Origin: Antedon mediterranea
Taxonomy: Eukaryota > Animalia > Echinodermata
Length of the DNA stretch: 64,000 bases
Assembly: GCF_964355755.1 (NCBI RefSeq)
Contig: NC_092680.1
Location: 14,517,045 to 14,581,044 of the forward strand
Direction: 5' to 3'
The position numbers and the translations under genes were made by a program. Positions 24,645 to 38,930 of this stretch are shown piece by piece (position 1 is the first letter of the stretch; every line of letters starts with the position of its first letter). The notes under the pieces were generated by a model. The model was not told the origin of the DNA and searched no databases. It saw nothing but the letters and a program-made list of their open reading frames with translations.

Positions 24645-27600
24645 TAGTCTAGGACCTGGGTCAGATTTGTATGCATTTAATTTAGGAAAGAATATCTCAA
24701 CTGTTATAAGATAATTTGACCCCAACGAACAACATGGAATGTGTGCCAAATTCACTATCCGGGACGAACATGCCCAAAATCGGAGTCAAAGGTTAAAAAT
24801 GTGTGGTTCTTATATCTCGACAACCACTTGTACAGATTTGCTTTTGGGGTCAAATTGTTTAGAATATAAAATATATTTATATCACACAACTTTTAGGGAA
24901 AAAATGACCTGAAATGCTTTTATTTACTGACCTTTGACCCAAAAATAACCAAAAAACAAATTTTTGGGTTAAATTATTCTTTAAAATGCCAATGGACAAA
25001 CTGTATGGTATCAAATGAAAGCATACACAATATGCTACCTATTGCTATCCAACTTGCATTGAAAATTGATGCTAATTTTGTTTAAAATGTACATATTTTA
25101 TTATTTTTTTACTACTTTTTTATTCTAAACAATTTGACACAAAAAAAACTCTTTAATTATTTAATATTATAATAAACCAAAATAAATTTACACTATTTAA
25201 TATAATTATAATCATTTTAGTAAAAAAGTGATAAAATATGCACATTTTTAACAAAATTAGTATCATAATTACTGATTTTGAATGCAAGTTGGGTAGCAAT
25301 GGATAGAATATTTTATGGGCTTTCATTTGATACCAAATCGTTTTTCCAAACACTTAAATTATTTAATATATATAAATAAACATAACAATTACGCTACCAA
25401 ATATTCATTTTTTGTATAAAATTAATCCAAATATGCACATTTTCCATACATAAAAATTTCAATAAAAGTCTGGTAGCAATGGGTAGCATATTGTGTATGC
25501 TTTCATTTGATACCATACAGTTGTCCATTGGCATTTTAAAGAATAATTTAACCTGAAAATGTGTTTTTTGGTCATTTTTGGGTCAAAGGTCAGTAAAAGC
25601 ATTTCCGGTCATTTTTTCGCTAAAAGTTGTGTTAAACCGAATATAAATATTTATATTCTGAACAATCTGACACCAAATACAAATCTGTACGACACGTGGT
25701 TGTCGAGATATAAGAACCACACATTTTTAACCTTTGACCCCGATTTTGGGCATGTTCGTCCCGGATAGCAAATTTGGCACACATTCTATGTTGTTCGTTG
25801 GTGTCAAATTATTCTATAACAGTTGAGATATTCTCTCCTAAATCTACGCTCGCGCTAACCGCTCGCCAATTCGCCAATGGCGACTGGAGTCTCCATTTGG
25901 CGAAAATAATTATTGCCTCGTTCGCCAAATTGGCGAAAATACATTTCCAAGCCTAGGCCTAGCCTGGTCGGCGTGACTTCTTATGGGAGCGAGAATTCGC
26001 CACACTTCGGTACTTTCTGACTCGGGTACACTTTTTACCACAACAGCATTTTATGTGACGACGTCACGATCGCCGTGTTAATTGTTTTAGTTCTGTTTAA
26101 ACATGCGCAGAGCGTGCCTCGATGACGTTTTAATGACACACAGTTAATGTGATTGGTTCGTGGCCGGCCGTCGTCGACGTGATGATGAGCGAATAAAAGG
26201 GGAAGTCCCTATTCTTCGACGTAGAAAATGAACTTCGAGAAGAAAATGTAAACAGAAACATGTGGACGAATACTTCCGTAAACGAGGCTGTTCTGTTATT
26301 TAAAAAGGGGAATTTTAAATTTAACAAAGTAATTACCTCAATAGTATAATGTTAACATGTTTAATTTTATTTCCCTTTCGATTATTCTAACCGAAAGTTG
26401 CGCTTTAAATTGAATAGCTAAGAAACAGCGTATACTGCAACGGCAACCCTGGCCAAAGCGCGTTTCGGCCGCCTACATAGAATGGGTTACGGCCGCTGCA
26501 TAGCAAATTCAAAGCTTCTTAAATTTCTGCGGTACATTTCTTGTTTTATATAATAGATTGATAAATATTCCAATTATTAAATAATTTAATAAATCGGTAA
26601 AATTGACGTTTCGAAGCAAATATTCCATGATGAGAGGTGACATTTTTCGACATGCCTCGTGTGCGGCGAAGACTAGTTCAGAAAATGGAACAGTCCACTG
26701 CGGGGTTATCCAATCATTAATTAACGCGCTAATACATGCATACCATGCACATTGCCTGGGCGACGGTAATTTAGTAATAAGCGAAGAACTGAATCCCCCG
26801 TAAGGAAAATGGTAAACACTGATATTTATGGTAGGGATTATTTTTTTCAGGGGTTGGTCTTGTTGGCCTCTTCGCACGAGGTCCACGCAAAGTCAAATAA
26901 AACGATGTGTTTTATCAAACAGAAATATAAATTAGCTTCAATTCAATACTAAATTAGCCAGATTTTGATAATGAGAAAGACTCAAAAATTCAATTTTTAT
27001 CGTTAAAATTGACATTTGAGGCGGATGTACATAATAATAATAACCGATTTACATATCAAAATAAAGAGTATTTAAAGCCTGATAACATGCAACAAAAATT
27101 ACTCCACCACCTATTATGGACCTCGTGCGATCGGGTGCGAAAATGGGTAGGTGTTTTCCAAAGTTATTTTTAGCGCGCGGATTTCGGCTCGCCGGCTTTT
27201 GTACCTCATTTTTAACTCGCGTTTTCTATTAAAATATTTAATAAACATAGATTATAAATATATAAAAATAATCCCTTAAACAAGATCTTTCCAGGCATAT
27301 AATTTTTATTCGCATGGGTACATAAGAAATAGTATATTTTTAACTTCAAAGACACGTCACTTTTTGAAATTTCACGAACGTGTTAAAATCCCGGTAACGA
27401 AAATCAGGTTCATTGGGATACCTAATAATAATATAAATGTTAAAGAAATCAAATATAAAAAAAATACATGCATTATTTATTTAATAAACATTTTTTTGAA
27501 TTTTTATGGTTTTTTAAATTTGGCTAAAGGATTTTCAATTTGGCTAATGTATTTCAAAACCTTTCGCCATTTTGGCGAACAAAAATTTGACCTTAGCGCG

Positions 27601-27647
27601 AGCGTAGTAAATTAAATGCATACAAATCTGACCCAGGTCCTAGACTA
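24645..27647. mobile_element. Academ-like foldback element with long inverted arms
   Basis: TCC|TAGTCTAGGACCTGGGTCAGATTTGTATGCATTTAATTTA ... TAAATTAAATGCATACAAATCTGACCCAGGTCCTAGACTA|TCC: TAG..CTA termini with a 3-bp TSD. The arms 24645-~25090 and ~25440-25843 are inverted. Confidence 0.75.
25844..27607. mobile_element. TIR DNA element nested in the right arm of the foldback element
   Basis: TAAAT|CTACGCTCGCGCTAA ... TTAGCGCGAGCGTAG|TAAAT: a 15-bp TIR, a 5-bp TSD and subterminal TTCGCCAA repeats. Confidence 0.75.
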
Positions 27648-29546
27648 TCCAGTATGTTACGAAATGACGTCAAGATCAAGGCCGCTAGTTCCGTTTTTTG
27701 CACCTGTATTTTATTTCGACTCCAAATTGTAACTTTATCGTGAATACCACACCTTAGAATTAGACCTCATAAGTACTTTTACGATGGAGAATCACAGAAA
27801 AAGTAATAAATAAATCCTTTAAATTGATGAATTTACAGTTGTGTTTCTCGCAAACTGTCAATTTCGCATTTACTCCATGTTCAATATTGTCGTTTCTATG
27901 GAGCGCCAAAAGAGCAACTATATTAGAGGACCAAAAACTCAGTGGAATGCCTATATATTTAATGCATTTATTGGTGAAAATTACGTTCAATTTCAATATA
28001 TTTTGTCAATGTTAAAAATGTTGATACTGTACACAGATTTGTAAACTGTATTTTACGGTCATTGATTTTGTTATACACCATTTCTTCACTTTGAAATATA
28101 TGTAAGCTAAAAAATGAAAGCAATTATACTGGATATGGAACTTTAGACTTTACTTTTGACTGTTCAGACTTTACAAAAATAAAAGAAAAATTGTGCCGTG
28201 TGAATTAGGTCTAGATGTTGAGCTCAAACGGTATAACAAAAGCATAAAATGGGTGTTTTTCGTAGTGTATTAATTATTTGATAATGGGAACCTACGCTGA
28301 CGGCAATCGATGATTAAGTATTATAAAAGCGCAATACTGGATATGGGACTTTGTGCTGTGTGAATATTAATCATGCGGGTGTGCATCAGAAAGTGACAAC
28401 GTGCTTGAGAGGTTGAAGAACATTTTAATGATAACATTTATATTTATATCAATATGAATTAAGTTATAGAATTAAGATGGAATAATTTGGACAGACTTTA
28501 AAAATCAACAGAAAAAGTGCAGACATTACTCGAAATTAGATGATGTGCTCAGACACAAACTTTTATATTTGATTATGATATCTTGTGGAAACATGATTTT
28601 GGAATAATTTTATTTATGTGTGTGTGTTTTTTATTTACATTTTTTGTTCATTTCAATTTTTTTATATATTGCTATTTTTTGCGTGAGGTGATATCTTTTT
28701 TGCTTTTTTTGTACAGTAATTACATTTTTGCTTTAAGCAGTGATACTTATGGTATTTGTAGATTCGGCCATGGCGGTACAAAACGTCATCATATGGCTAG
28801 TTGAATTATAAAAGTCATATTTTTATGATAAAACTTGGAATAAAAAGGGGGTCCTGTTATTTTCACCTATTCTGCACTGTATGTAGTATGTATACAGTGT
28901 ATAGTGTATACTGTATATACTTGGACACAAAATAGAGGGCACACTAACATTTTTTTTCTCCAGGTCACAAATGGCATAACCTAACTCGTCCATAGTGACA
29001 AGTTCAAATCTAGTTATATTATAAATTGCCTTTAGGATTAATGAAACAACACATTTTTTACAGTCCACAGCATGCTTATTTTTTTCATTATGAGATGCTA
29101 TGTGTCATTTGTCACAAATGCTTCCAAAACCATTTCACTTCATTTTATATCTCCTAATTTGATGCTTAGTGGATATGTAGGGCAAGTTTTTTTCATACAC
29201 AAAAATGATAATTTCAAAAATTAGACATTAGATATTAAATTAGAAAATATATTCAAATCTGATATATTTTATTTTTACGGATATAAAAGGCGATATCTGT
29301 TATATTACATAGCCAGCAACAAGTTGGATATCCACTGCTGGGTCGGGTAGCTAGGCCTCCTTTGTAATAAGCCTGCCTAGTAGTTAGGCGCTGTATTCAC
29401 CTTTACCTTGCGAAGAATAATATACAGATATTACTAATTATTTGATTTCTTGGCAATAAAATATTCACTTACATAGGTTGTTTAAAGTAACAGAAGAATA
29501 TTTCCATCAATAAGCCTACATTTATATAATGCATAAAGAGGAATCC

Positions 29547-30501
29547 TATAGAGTTCTGCGGTGCTGACGTCACGACAATAGGTGGCGCTGCGTGGTTACT
29601 AGCCAACCAAAAAATGCATTCAACCTGCCTGAGAGACTCCAAGGTCACCAATGGTTTGGAATCGCCTTATTGAAGTAGTCATTTTAAAACTTAATAATTA
29701 CCTCCGCCAAGGAGGTTATATTTTCACCCCTGTATGGTTGTGTGTTTGTGAGTTTGTGTGTTTGTGTGTGTGTCTGTGACCAGCCTGGAGGCCACAGTTT
29801 TTATCCGATTCTCACCAAATTTGGCCACAATGATCTACAGTATGCCCCAATAGCTCGGACGAGTTCGAATTTGAGGGGAAAAGGTCATATGTCAAGGTCA
29901 CAACTAACAAAAAACTATTTTACTGCCTAGAGATCACAGTTTTTATCCGATTCTCACCAAACTTAGCCACAATGATCAATGACTCATTATATAATTGTGG
30001 TTACATTTTGAAGGGTCAGGGTTAAAGGTCAAGGTCCACAAAAAAAAAGAAATAAAAAAAAAAAAACCCCTCAGCGGGATTTGAACCAGGGATCTCAACT
30101 GTGAGAGGCTGGATACACAACCATTACACCAAACTCTCATCCACTACTTTGTAGTGTGCAGTTAGCCTATTTACACTTAGAACTAATTAAAAAAATGTAA
30201 AAAAAAACACATTTTCGAGGGGGAATTTTATGTAGGGGAATTTTATGTAGGGGAATTTTACAGTAGGCGGAGGTTTGTACTCTCGGAGTACGCTCTAGTT
30301 TTCAATAAAAACAAACTAAAATTTCAAATGATCACTAAATATTTGTTTTTATTATACTATTTATTCTTTAACTACAGTTTAAGTTTAAAAAAATCAAGTT
30401 AAGATACATAATTTGATAGAAATACAGATGTATACAATTTTAGTTGGCTAGCAACCATGCAGCGCCAATATCGTTGTGACATCACACCGCAGAACTCTAT
30501 A
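29547..30501. mobile_element. MITE with ~60-bp TIRs hosting a Helentron-like insert
   Basis: TATAGAGTTCTGCGGTG..GTCACGAC..GGCGCTGC.TGGTT.CTAGCCAAC matches an inverted copy at 30443-30501. Confidence 0.7.
29695..30298 (+). mobile_element. Helentron-associated non-autonomous element (HINE/DINE-1-like)
   Basis: 5' TAATTACCTCCGCCAAGGAGG, then a (GT)-rich microsatellite. The 3' end has GGCGGAGGT, the hairpin GTACTCTCGGAGTAC and CTAG|TT. A truncated related head occurs at ~30717. Confidence 0.75.
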
Positions 30502-30802
30502 CAGTTCCAGTGGATAGATAGAAACCAAGTGACATATGATTTCCAATACCTGTCTGATATTTCCTGTTGATAATAAATTCAAGTGTTTTAAACTTTATCA
30601 TTTCAGGCGATTGTTTACATATATCTTGAGTGTCCAACCAGCATAATTGTTCATTTAATCAACCAATACACACTTTCATTGATCAAGTAGTTGTAGGTGT
30701 TTTAGCTTGGTTTTTTAATTACCTCTGCCAAGGAGGTTCTAACCTTTGTTTGTCTGTCTGTTATAGCAAGATTATTTTCACCATAGATACACCTTGACAT
30801 AA

Positions 30803-31514
30803 GGTCGTGTTCGTACGGTGGTTAAAATAAGCGCTTAATTTCACCCATGCCTCGGGTTATAAATTGAGCGTTGTTCGTACTTGAAATATTTAACCGCTTA
30901 AATGCTTAATCGACGAATCACAAACCGGAAATTACGTTTTAAGGTCAGTTGTCTTTACAACCTACGACCCCATTTTCGCACGCTAGTTTCGTGTTGTATA
31001 TTTTTTACTCGCGATCTTTCTTTACAATAACAATTACTGTACTTGCTACCTTTTACACTGCTTATCCTTGCGACAAACCTTATGCCTCTTAACGCCGATA
31101 ATCCTGCCGAAATATGCCTTCTCCTGACGACCATTATTTTACTCCTTGACGAAGAATTTGAGCCCAATGTTACACGACGGAAACACCACCGACCAGCTAG
31201 GCCTACTACTAAGCGGTCTACACCAACAAGGACAGCACCAGCTGACGATCGCTCTCGAAGCGTGTATGGAAGAGCTTCTTCGTAGGAGAAATGACGGGCC
31301 TAGGCAGCGAACGGTTGTCAAAATTTGACACATTGCCTCTATCGGAGATTTATTATCCTTGAAGGCCGAGTATAATTGGATTATCGCTGAAATAACCTGC
31401 AAATTTGGTGAACATTTTGCCTCGAATTTTTTGTAGCCTGAGGCAAAAGTTAGTTGGATCACGCGAATGGAAATCGGGAATAAGCTGGTATTTTCAACCC
31501 CTACGAACAGGCCC
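30803..31514. mobile_element. PIF/Harbinger non-autonomous element
   Basis: TAA|GGTCGTGTTCGTACGGTGGTTAAAAT ... ATTTTCAACCCCTACGAACAGGCCC|TAA, with a 3-bp TAA TSD. Confidence 0.7.
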
Positions 31515-34500
31515 TAAGACTCCAAGGGGGTGTGAGACTCCAAGAACATGTGGTGCAGTATGTTATATTATTGCTTGTATCTTTTCTTTAAAAAAAGAAT
31601 GTTTCCTCTCCACCCATGTGTGCCTATTATAATATGGTATTAAATAAAAAGGAAGCGAATATATTTAAATTATTATTAGGATATTCCAACTAGAAAAAAA
31701 AAAATTATTTTATACAGATGCAAAATTTAATATTCTAGAATTGTACCAGCATTTATTATGGCTACTCATCTACCTTTATCTCCTATATCTCTATTTTTAA
31801 TTGGAAGCACATAAGAACATACATGAAATATCTGTAATGAATAATTTATGTATCGATGTTCGACACACTTTATGTAGTAAAAAAAATGTTTATTATTCAA
31901 ATTTGTTGAGTGATTAGTGATATTGATATAATGAAGTGCTTGTAAGGAGATGGTTGTGATCCGGAAATATTTTTAATATGCATGTTGTACAGTCAGATTA
32001 AAGATAAGATGATTTATTTGTTCCATTGGTACATTGAAATTACATACAAATTGTATCATTGATCTGTTAAAGATCCAAGATTGTAATCGATGATTTCCAA
32101 TAAAGCTAATTTGTTTTGGAGATCAATTGACCTTTCTACTCCCAGTTCCTGCACCTATGATTACAGGATGAATTGGCCCAGCCAAAATCGATTAAGAGTT
32201 TTGGCACATTTAGTTGGTATTTGATTTCTTTTCATTTTTACGGTAATATTGAGTATAACAAAAATCCAAAACATAGTACAGTAAATATATAATCAGTATT
32301 AAAATATACTAAATCGTCATATTTCCATGTAAAAATGTGACCTCCGCCTCCTGAGTGCTGTGCCATGTTGTTTACCTTTGATATGTAATACGAACCCTGA
32401 CATGTCAAATGCATTTATGGGCATGAAATATTTTTTTCAAATTCTGCCCAAAGGTCAGTTTGTTTTGTTGTTAAACTTTTTTTGGTTTCATACGATGATG
32501 CTCTCGAGGCTCACGATAGGCCTAGGCCCATATGGTCATCTTCGGATGAGTCCGTCTACTAATTTAGTCATAATTTTGAAACTGGTAATTCATTATGGTC
32601 AAGTTTAGTCATATTTTTGATAAAAGAAATAGGTTCTGATGAAGAGATATAGTTCTAAAATTTGCATAATCCATACTCTGCAAAAATAATTTGTCACACA
32701 AATTAGATAACATATTTGAAAAGAAAATGTCCTTGGCATTATTTTTCTTCTTTTTTTCAATTTTTTTCATTTCATTCTAGAGCAAAATAAACTTACCTCC
32801 ATATTTGTACATCCATAATTGGGCTGAATTTTTCACAGTAATTAATGCTGTTCTATAGTACTTGAGAACCCTGCAACATCTGAGCTCTCATTGGTGTGTT
32901 CAATTATGGATACATTTTTTCATTGTGTAAATAATAGCAAAATTATATTTAATATTATAGGGATAACTTGTACTTCAATGTAAATTATGATAACATTACG
33001 TTGCTGCAACCATAAGTTGTGATGGAACACATGCTGGCGGCATATATAGATTGATCATTTGTATTTGTAAGAAATATATTACAATTTCATCCATATTATT
33101 AATCACTTTAGTCACATCAAGTACGTCATATCTGAATGTGTGATCATCATTTTACAAATTATAAATGAATTATTATTGAGTACTGCAAGTAGTGGCAAAA
33201 ATCCCCCTTAAAAGGTACCCTTGTAGAACATATATTCAAACGAACTAGTTTATAAATTTGTTCAAGCAATATCATGAAATTAAAGTTCTTAAACTCGCCT
33301 TTCTCGATTGAGAACGCATCTCCTGCAAGTATTGTCTTTGAACTTGCAAATGTAAACTGATAGTTTAGCCTTACCGGGAACACGCTAAACGCCTCCTGAA
33401 AGTTTTCTGCATGACACATCACTGTTTTATTTGAGATTTATTCTGTGAAATATGTAAATAGGAATAAATTAAAGCAACCACCGGTTGGTTGCCAGCTTGT
33501 GTCAACCATAAAATCATTTGCTGATCATGTTAATGAATAAACTGAATTATCACAAATCTAGTGTACTGTACCTTATCACCAAATATTACCAATTGTTTCT
33601 ATGTTGTTCATAATATGACACATGTAACCTCAAACCCAATCTTTTCAATAAAAAAATCATTTATTTATTGTATAATAAAGCAAAATGTATTATGATATAT
33701 TAATGTTTAGTATGTTTAAAAGTAACTCGTTCATTGGGTCTGTTTTTATTTTCTAGCATCATGCAATTATTAGTCCCATTAACGACAAACATTACAGTAA
33801 CCTGGATCATCAATTACAAATGGCTGTCTGACAGCAAGTGAACATTTCGGTCATACAATTCAATCCAGCTCAAATTTTTGTCATTAACACTACATAATAC
33901 AGTCACATGTTTATTCCTATCTTAATCACCATCATGCTTATATAAGTTTGTAAAAAACGGTGATGATTTGTGGTGAGTTTATACTGAATATCGTGATGTG
34001 ATATACAAGCTGTATTTATGACATCACTAATATAATTTTCTTTGTGTCAAATAACTTGTTATCTTGTGAAATGTTTATATTATTATAATCTTGTATGTTT
34101 ATGTTACTTTGGTTTATGAGATGAATCATGAATTTCTAATCAAACCTAATCGCACTGTTTATAATCTTTGCAGCTGAAAAAAAAACACCTGATTTCTTGA
34201 TGCATCATGGCAACAAATATGTATTAATGGAGAAGAATGTTTTGAATTATCATTGGGCATGCATGACTACTATGTTGATGAAGATGATCCATTAATTAAA
34301 AAAGCTATTTAAAGGATATCTCATCACCGCTCAGTTGACAGGATGCGGCTTACAGTTATCGATTGCTTTTTCAACAATCAGAATTATATCTAGTTACAAA
34401 TGTATGATTTCAGCTAAGGAATGACTACTTTTTAAAAGTATCATAAAAAGTATAGTTTAATGTTCATAAAACATTTGTAAGCAAGGAATTTCTATCATTT

Positions 34501-34557
34501 AATAATACTTTAATGTGTTTATGATTTCCTGCGCCTGGTTGGAGCTTAAGTTACTAA

Positions 34558-36996
34558 ATGTGTTACATCAGCAAGAAAGCGCAACAAGTTATCATGGTCA
34601 TGTCACTAGGTGTGCTTCTGGCAGGCATATTGCTGTGGTTTTATGTATCGCAGAGTTCCTATGTCCTGGTGTACAACCTCGGAATGAATTTCATCACAAT
34701 TAAACCCAATTCTCATAGTGTCACAATTGAACTAGAGGAGAAGAAGATTTTTCAGATGAGATTGGGGTCACAGGTCAGCGATTCTTTGTATTGTGTTGAC
34801 TGTCGTATACACATTGGTAAAATGAGCGCGTGTGTAAATTGGATAAATGACACAAATACATACAGCGACACATCCGCTCAAACCATAATGAAATTTGAGG
34901 ATGGCGGAGATGATGATATCAGTTGTTTACATGTAGATTGGAAAATCTATTCATCAGATTTCATTCTTGAAGATTGTATTAATATGAGCATTGGGCATTG
35001 GTATGGAGGAGCTGAAACTAATAGTTTAAAATGGCCACTTGAAAAAAGTAGCATCCCAATGCAACCGTATGTTAGCTTGGATTTAATTGAACATAAACAA
35101 GCATATGGGTCTGTTCTTGAGAGATATTGGTTGTCTTCAAGCGGAATAGCAGTAGTTGTTGATAAAATTACTCCTTTACATGTCAGTATAAATGAAAATG
35201 GTAATCAGGAATTATGTTTAAGATCATCTTACTTAAATTCACCTTATAAAAATCCGTCTGGTCAGCTTCCGCACTTAAAGTACTCAATATGTATGAGCAG
35301 AAATATCAGAAAAGTGCATGATGCTATTATGAAAAAATATTTTGAAAAACCTTTAAGCGTGCCTGATACCAAAATGTTTGAGTTGCCCATTTGGTCAACA
35401 TGGGCACGATATAAACAAAATGTAACCCAGGAAAATGTGCTAACCTATGCAAATGAAATTCAGGAACACAACTTCCCAAACAGCCAAATTGAAATTGATG
35501 ATTTCTACAACACAAAATATGGTGAAATTGATTTTGATTTAAAAAAGTTTGAAAATCCTAATGAAATGGTCCAAGAACTTCACAGGCTTGGATTCAGAGT
35601 CACGTCTTGGTCTCATCCATTCGCTAATTTTGAATCTAAAGCGTTTAAAGAAGGTCTTTTGAAGGGATATTGGGTTCATGATTTGAAAGACATTGTTCCA
35701 GGTCTTGTTAAGTGGTGGAATGGTGTTGCAGCCATTATTGATCCAACAAACTGTGAAGCGTCAACCTGGTTCCTCGACAGGTTGAAACAACTACAAAAAA
35801 CTACAGGCATTGACTCCTTTAAATTTGATGCTGGAGAAACGCAATATCTTCCACTTTATTTTACTTCCAAAAAAACACTCAATGATCCGAATTTATACTG
35901 TGCACATTATGTCAAAATGGTCTCAGAAATTGGAAACATGGTAGAGGTGCGATGTGGTCACCAGTCGCAAAAATATCCTGTGTTTGTCCGAATCATGGAT
36001 AAAGACTCAAACTGGGGTTATGAAAATGGTTTAAAGACATTGATCCCGTCAGCCATTTTGTTCGGTCTCCTAGGATACCCGTTTGTTTTGCCTGATATGA
36101 TAGGTGGCAATGCTTATAAAGACGGTAACATCAACGCTAAATATAAACCAGAGCGGGAGCTTTTTATTCGTTGGTTGCAAGTAACTGCGTACCTTCCAGT
36201 GATGCAGTTCTCCATCGCACCTTGGCAATATGATGATGAAGTAGTAAATATTTCAAAGAAGATGGTAGATATTCACAAAGATGTGGTTGCACCTCTTGTG
36301 TTACAATTAGCCAAAGATTCTGTCATGAAAGGTAATTAATTGTTATAAATTTTCCATTTATTCATTAATTTATTTAGCCAGAACAATACAAAAATACAAA
36401 ACAACTTGAATTTCCAAGTTGGCCAAGGACTAATGTACTGTAGCCGGTGGGCCTGGCAGTCCAAACTAAGAAATTCTAACAATAAAATAAGAGTATATAA
36501 TAATTGTAATAGTTAACCCCAAATAATGTGCATGCACCTTTTGCACACTTCAGTTAATATTTTTAAAATGCTTTATCATCAAAATATACCTAATCAGTTG
36601 AACTTTCGTTCACTTAACAATCTTTAAAATCACCTTTTATTATACATTGAAAGATACACTATCAACTTTGAGTATACTGAAAAGGACTACATTATTTACA
36701 ATTACTAAATCCTATTACATTTTTTTATTTAAGGTTATCCAATCATTCGTCCATTATGGTGGATAGCACCAGAAGATTCAATTTGTCATGCGTTAGATTC
36801 AGAGTTCCTTATTGGTGATTCTTTCCTAGTTGCACCGATACTCGAAAATGAAAAGAGAAAAAGAGACATCTACCTACCAGATGGAAATTGGCAGGATACA
36901 TCAACTAAGTTTTTATATTCCGGTGGAAGGTGGATTAAAAACTTCTCAGTTCCAATTGACCATGTTGCAACATTTAAGAAATTAAGCAGCACTTAA
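34558..36996 (+). CDS. MYORG: Myogenesis-regulating glycosidase-like (MYORG/NET37), glycoside hydrolase family 31, type II membrane protein, ~678 aa
   Basis: Exon 34558-36331 ends G|gtaatt; exon 36734-36996 starts aag|GT and reads YPIIRPLWW...FLVAPIL...RDIYLPDGNW...*. There is an N-terminal TM helix, PIWSTWARYK, QIEIDD, the nucleophile motif FKFDAGE, the acid/base motif RIMDKDSNW and GYPFVLPDMIGGN. Confidence 0.93.
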
Positions 36997-38595
36997 AATA
37001 TGGCGTAATTTAATGATTATAAGTGTGTATTGCGATATTTTTAAAACTTTTATTTATCCTGTTCAAGCAGTATATAACCTATAGTCCTTCCCAAGTTGAT
37101 TTTACTGATTTCTTGAATATGCAATTTATAACTTGATATAATGTGCTATTGCCAATTAACAGCTCTACACATGATTATCCTAACGGAGAGACATTTTATG
37201 GCACACATAACCATTTCTTATGGGAAAATTTCATACGGCGTATAAGATACAGTATTTAGCATTAGAAACATTTTTAATAATTTTACATTTAAAAATCCTA
37301 AAATAGACCTAAACCATCTACCAAAAAATATATATATTTTTTTTACAAAATCCTAGGAAAGGCAAACCTTAATATTTAATTAATGAAAATGTCACCAAAC
37401 ACATTATTTGAGACTAAAACTGACCAAGATCAAATATTTGTTCTGTACACTTTGCATAATACAACAACTACTCCTCAATAATTAAAGTCTAATAATCCAT
37501 TTTTACATACAGAATTGAGTTTGCATATGCTTAAAGAAACTGTATTAAAATATCATATCATACAGTAGTACTGTTGAAAAGATCAATTTTCTTTTCTGAG
37601 TAGAATATTACAGAGCCAAGTAACATCTGCTTATTAAACAAAATATTTTTTATAAGAATCGCTAGTGGCGTAGTACTGTAGGGGACACACATATTTTTAA
37701 AAGTATTTTTTTAAAATTGCATACTGTATAATTTTGTTTGTAAAGAATATTTTTACAATTTGTGCAAATAAGGATGGATATCCAGTAAGAATTTAAAATG
37801 TGTTGATGGAAAAGGTAAATAAAGTGAAATCTGAGATGTGTTTTAAAGATGTATAGTCCCCAAACAACATTAAAAAAAGAGATAAAAAAACTAAATCAAA
37901 CTTTGATAGGAAAACAGCTAAATTCAACATCAAACTGTTGTCTCCAAGTGATTATTATTCCTTAACAGTTTTTCAGGTAAATATTTTTACACGTCTATAT
38001 ATGATATTAAAATGGCATATTTAAATTATTTTTCCCAGGTGGACCAATCATTACAATATCTATTACAAATACAAGAAAAATATATGACTGTATTGAAGCA
38101 TACATGTGTGGCAAGCAAAGATCAGGGACTGTAACAAATTAAATAAACACAGTTATTTGTACTTTGACCAATGTAGATAAATTACCATCAATATTTTGTT
38201 TAATTATTCAATTGATCCTAAAGTCTACTTTCAGTGTTCTATCTTGTATTACTTTTAACCTTTAAATAAACAAAGTAGTGCCTCGACATGCCCCAATGTG
38301 ATAATGGGTTTTACAACAAAGTAGTGCCTCGACATGCCCCAATGTGATAATGAGTTTTACTTGACATTTTAATCATGCACTGGAATGTAGCTAATATTAG
38401 ACACATTAAGGCATTCTTATTTTTAACTAACATATTTCTAAGGTTCAAAAGTATTGCATATTGCAGTAGAACCCCTATTAGTATTATAATGGGGTATCTT
38501 TTTGCACCCAACCATTTTAATTACTGTATTATCTTTTTTACTTTGATGCCTTTATGCCTTTTTTATTACTTGGAAAAATAGAATATTGCCAAGTA

Positions 38596-38930
38596 TACTG
38601 TAGTACTTGATTTGTAGTTTGTTAGCATGAGGCACGGGCGCCGCAAACCATAGCTAATACAATCGGCACAGGTTCAAAACACGCCTCAACCTACTGTAGT
38701 ACTTGATTTGTAGTTTGTTAGCATGAGGCACGGGCGCCGCAAACCATAGCTAATACAATCGGCACAGGTTCAAGACACGCATCAACCTACTAGTACTTGA
38801 TTTGTATTTGTTAGCATGGGGTAGGGGCGCCGCAAACCATAGCTAATACAATCGGCACAGGTTCAAGACACGCTTCAACCATTGTTCTGGTGGTAGGACA
38901 AGTCTTGTCGGATAAGGACTTAAAGCCATC
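38596..38930 (+). mobile_element. tRNA-derived SINE (Nin/Deu-like core) with a triplicated 96-bp head
   Basis: Three 96-bp units start at 38596, 38692 and 38788 and contain the B-box-like GGTTCAAGAC. They are followed by GTTCTGGTGGTAGGACAAGTCTTGTCGGATAAGGAC, shared with 48280-48420 and 49130-49360. Confidence 0.6.

Noticed and set aside
30068-30135. Functional tRNA genes here and at 3333-3410, 52530-52600 and 54096-54167
   Set aside because: The acceptor and anticodon stems pair poorly and all are embedded in repeats, so I treat them as tRNA-derived segments.
30955-31632. Cluster of overlapping ORFs on both strands
   Set aside because: They lie within a GC-richer Harbinger-like element and show no recognisable transposase catalytic motifs or splice structure.
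36332-36339. MYORG ending at 36339 as in the ORF track
   Set aside because: The ORF reads into an intron; the GH31 C-terminal domain is in exon 36734-36996.
7070-36996. A calcification gene cluster (acidic protein plus MYORG, whose human loss causes brain calcification)
   Set aside because: Adjacency over ~27 kb with FoxQ2 in between is not evidence of shared function in an animal genome.
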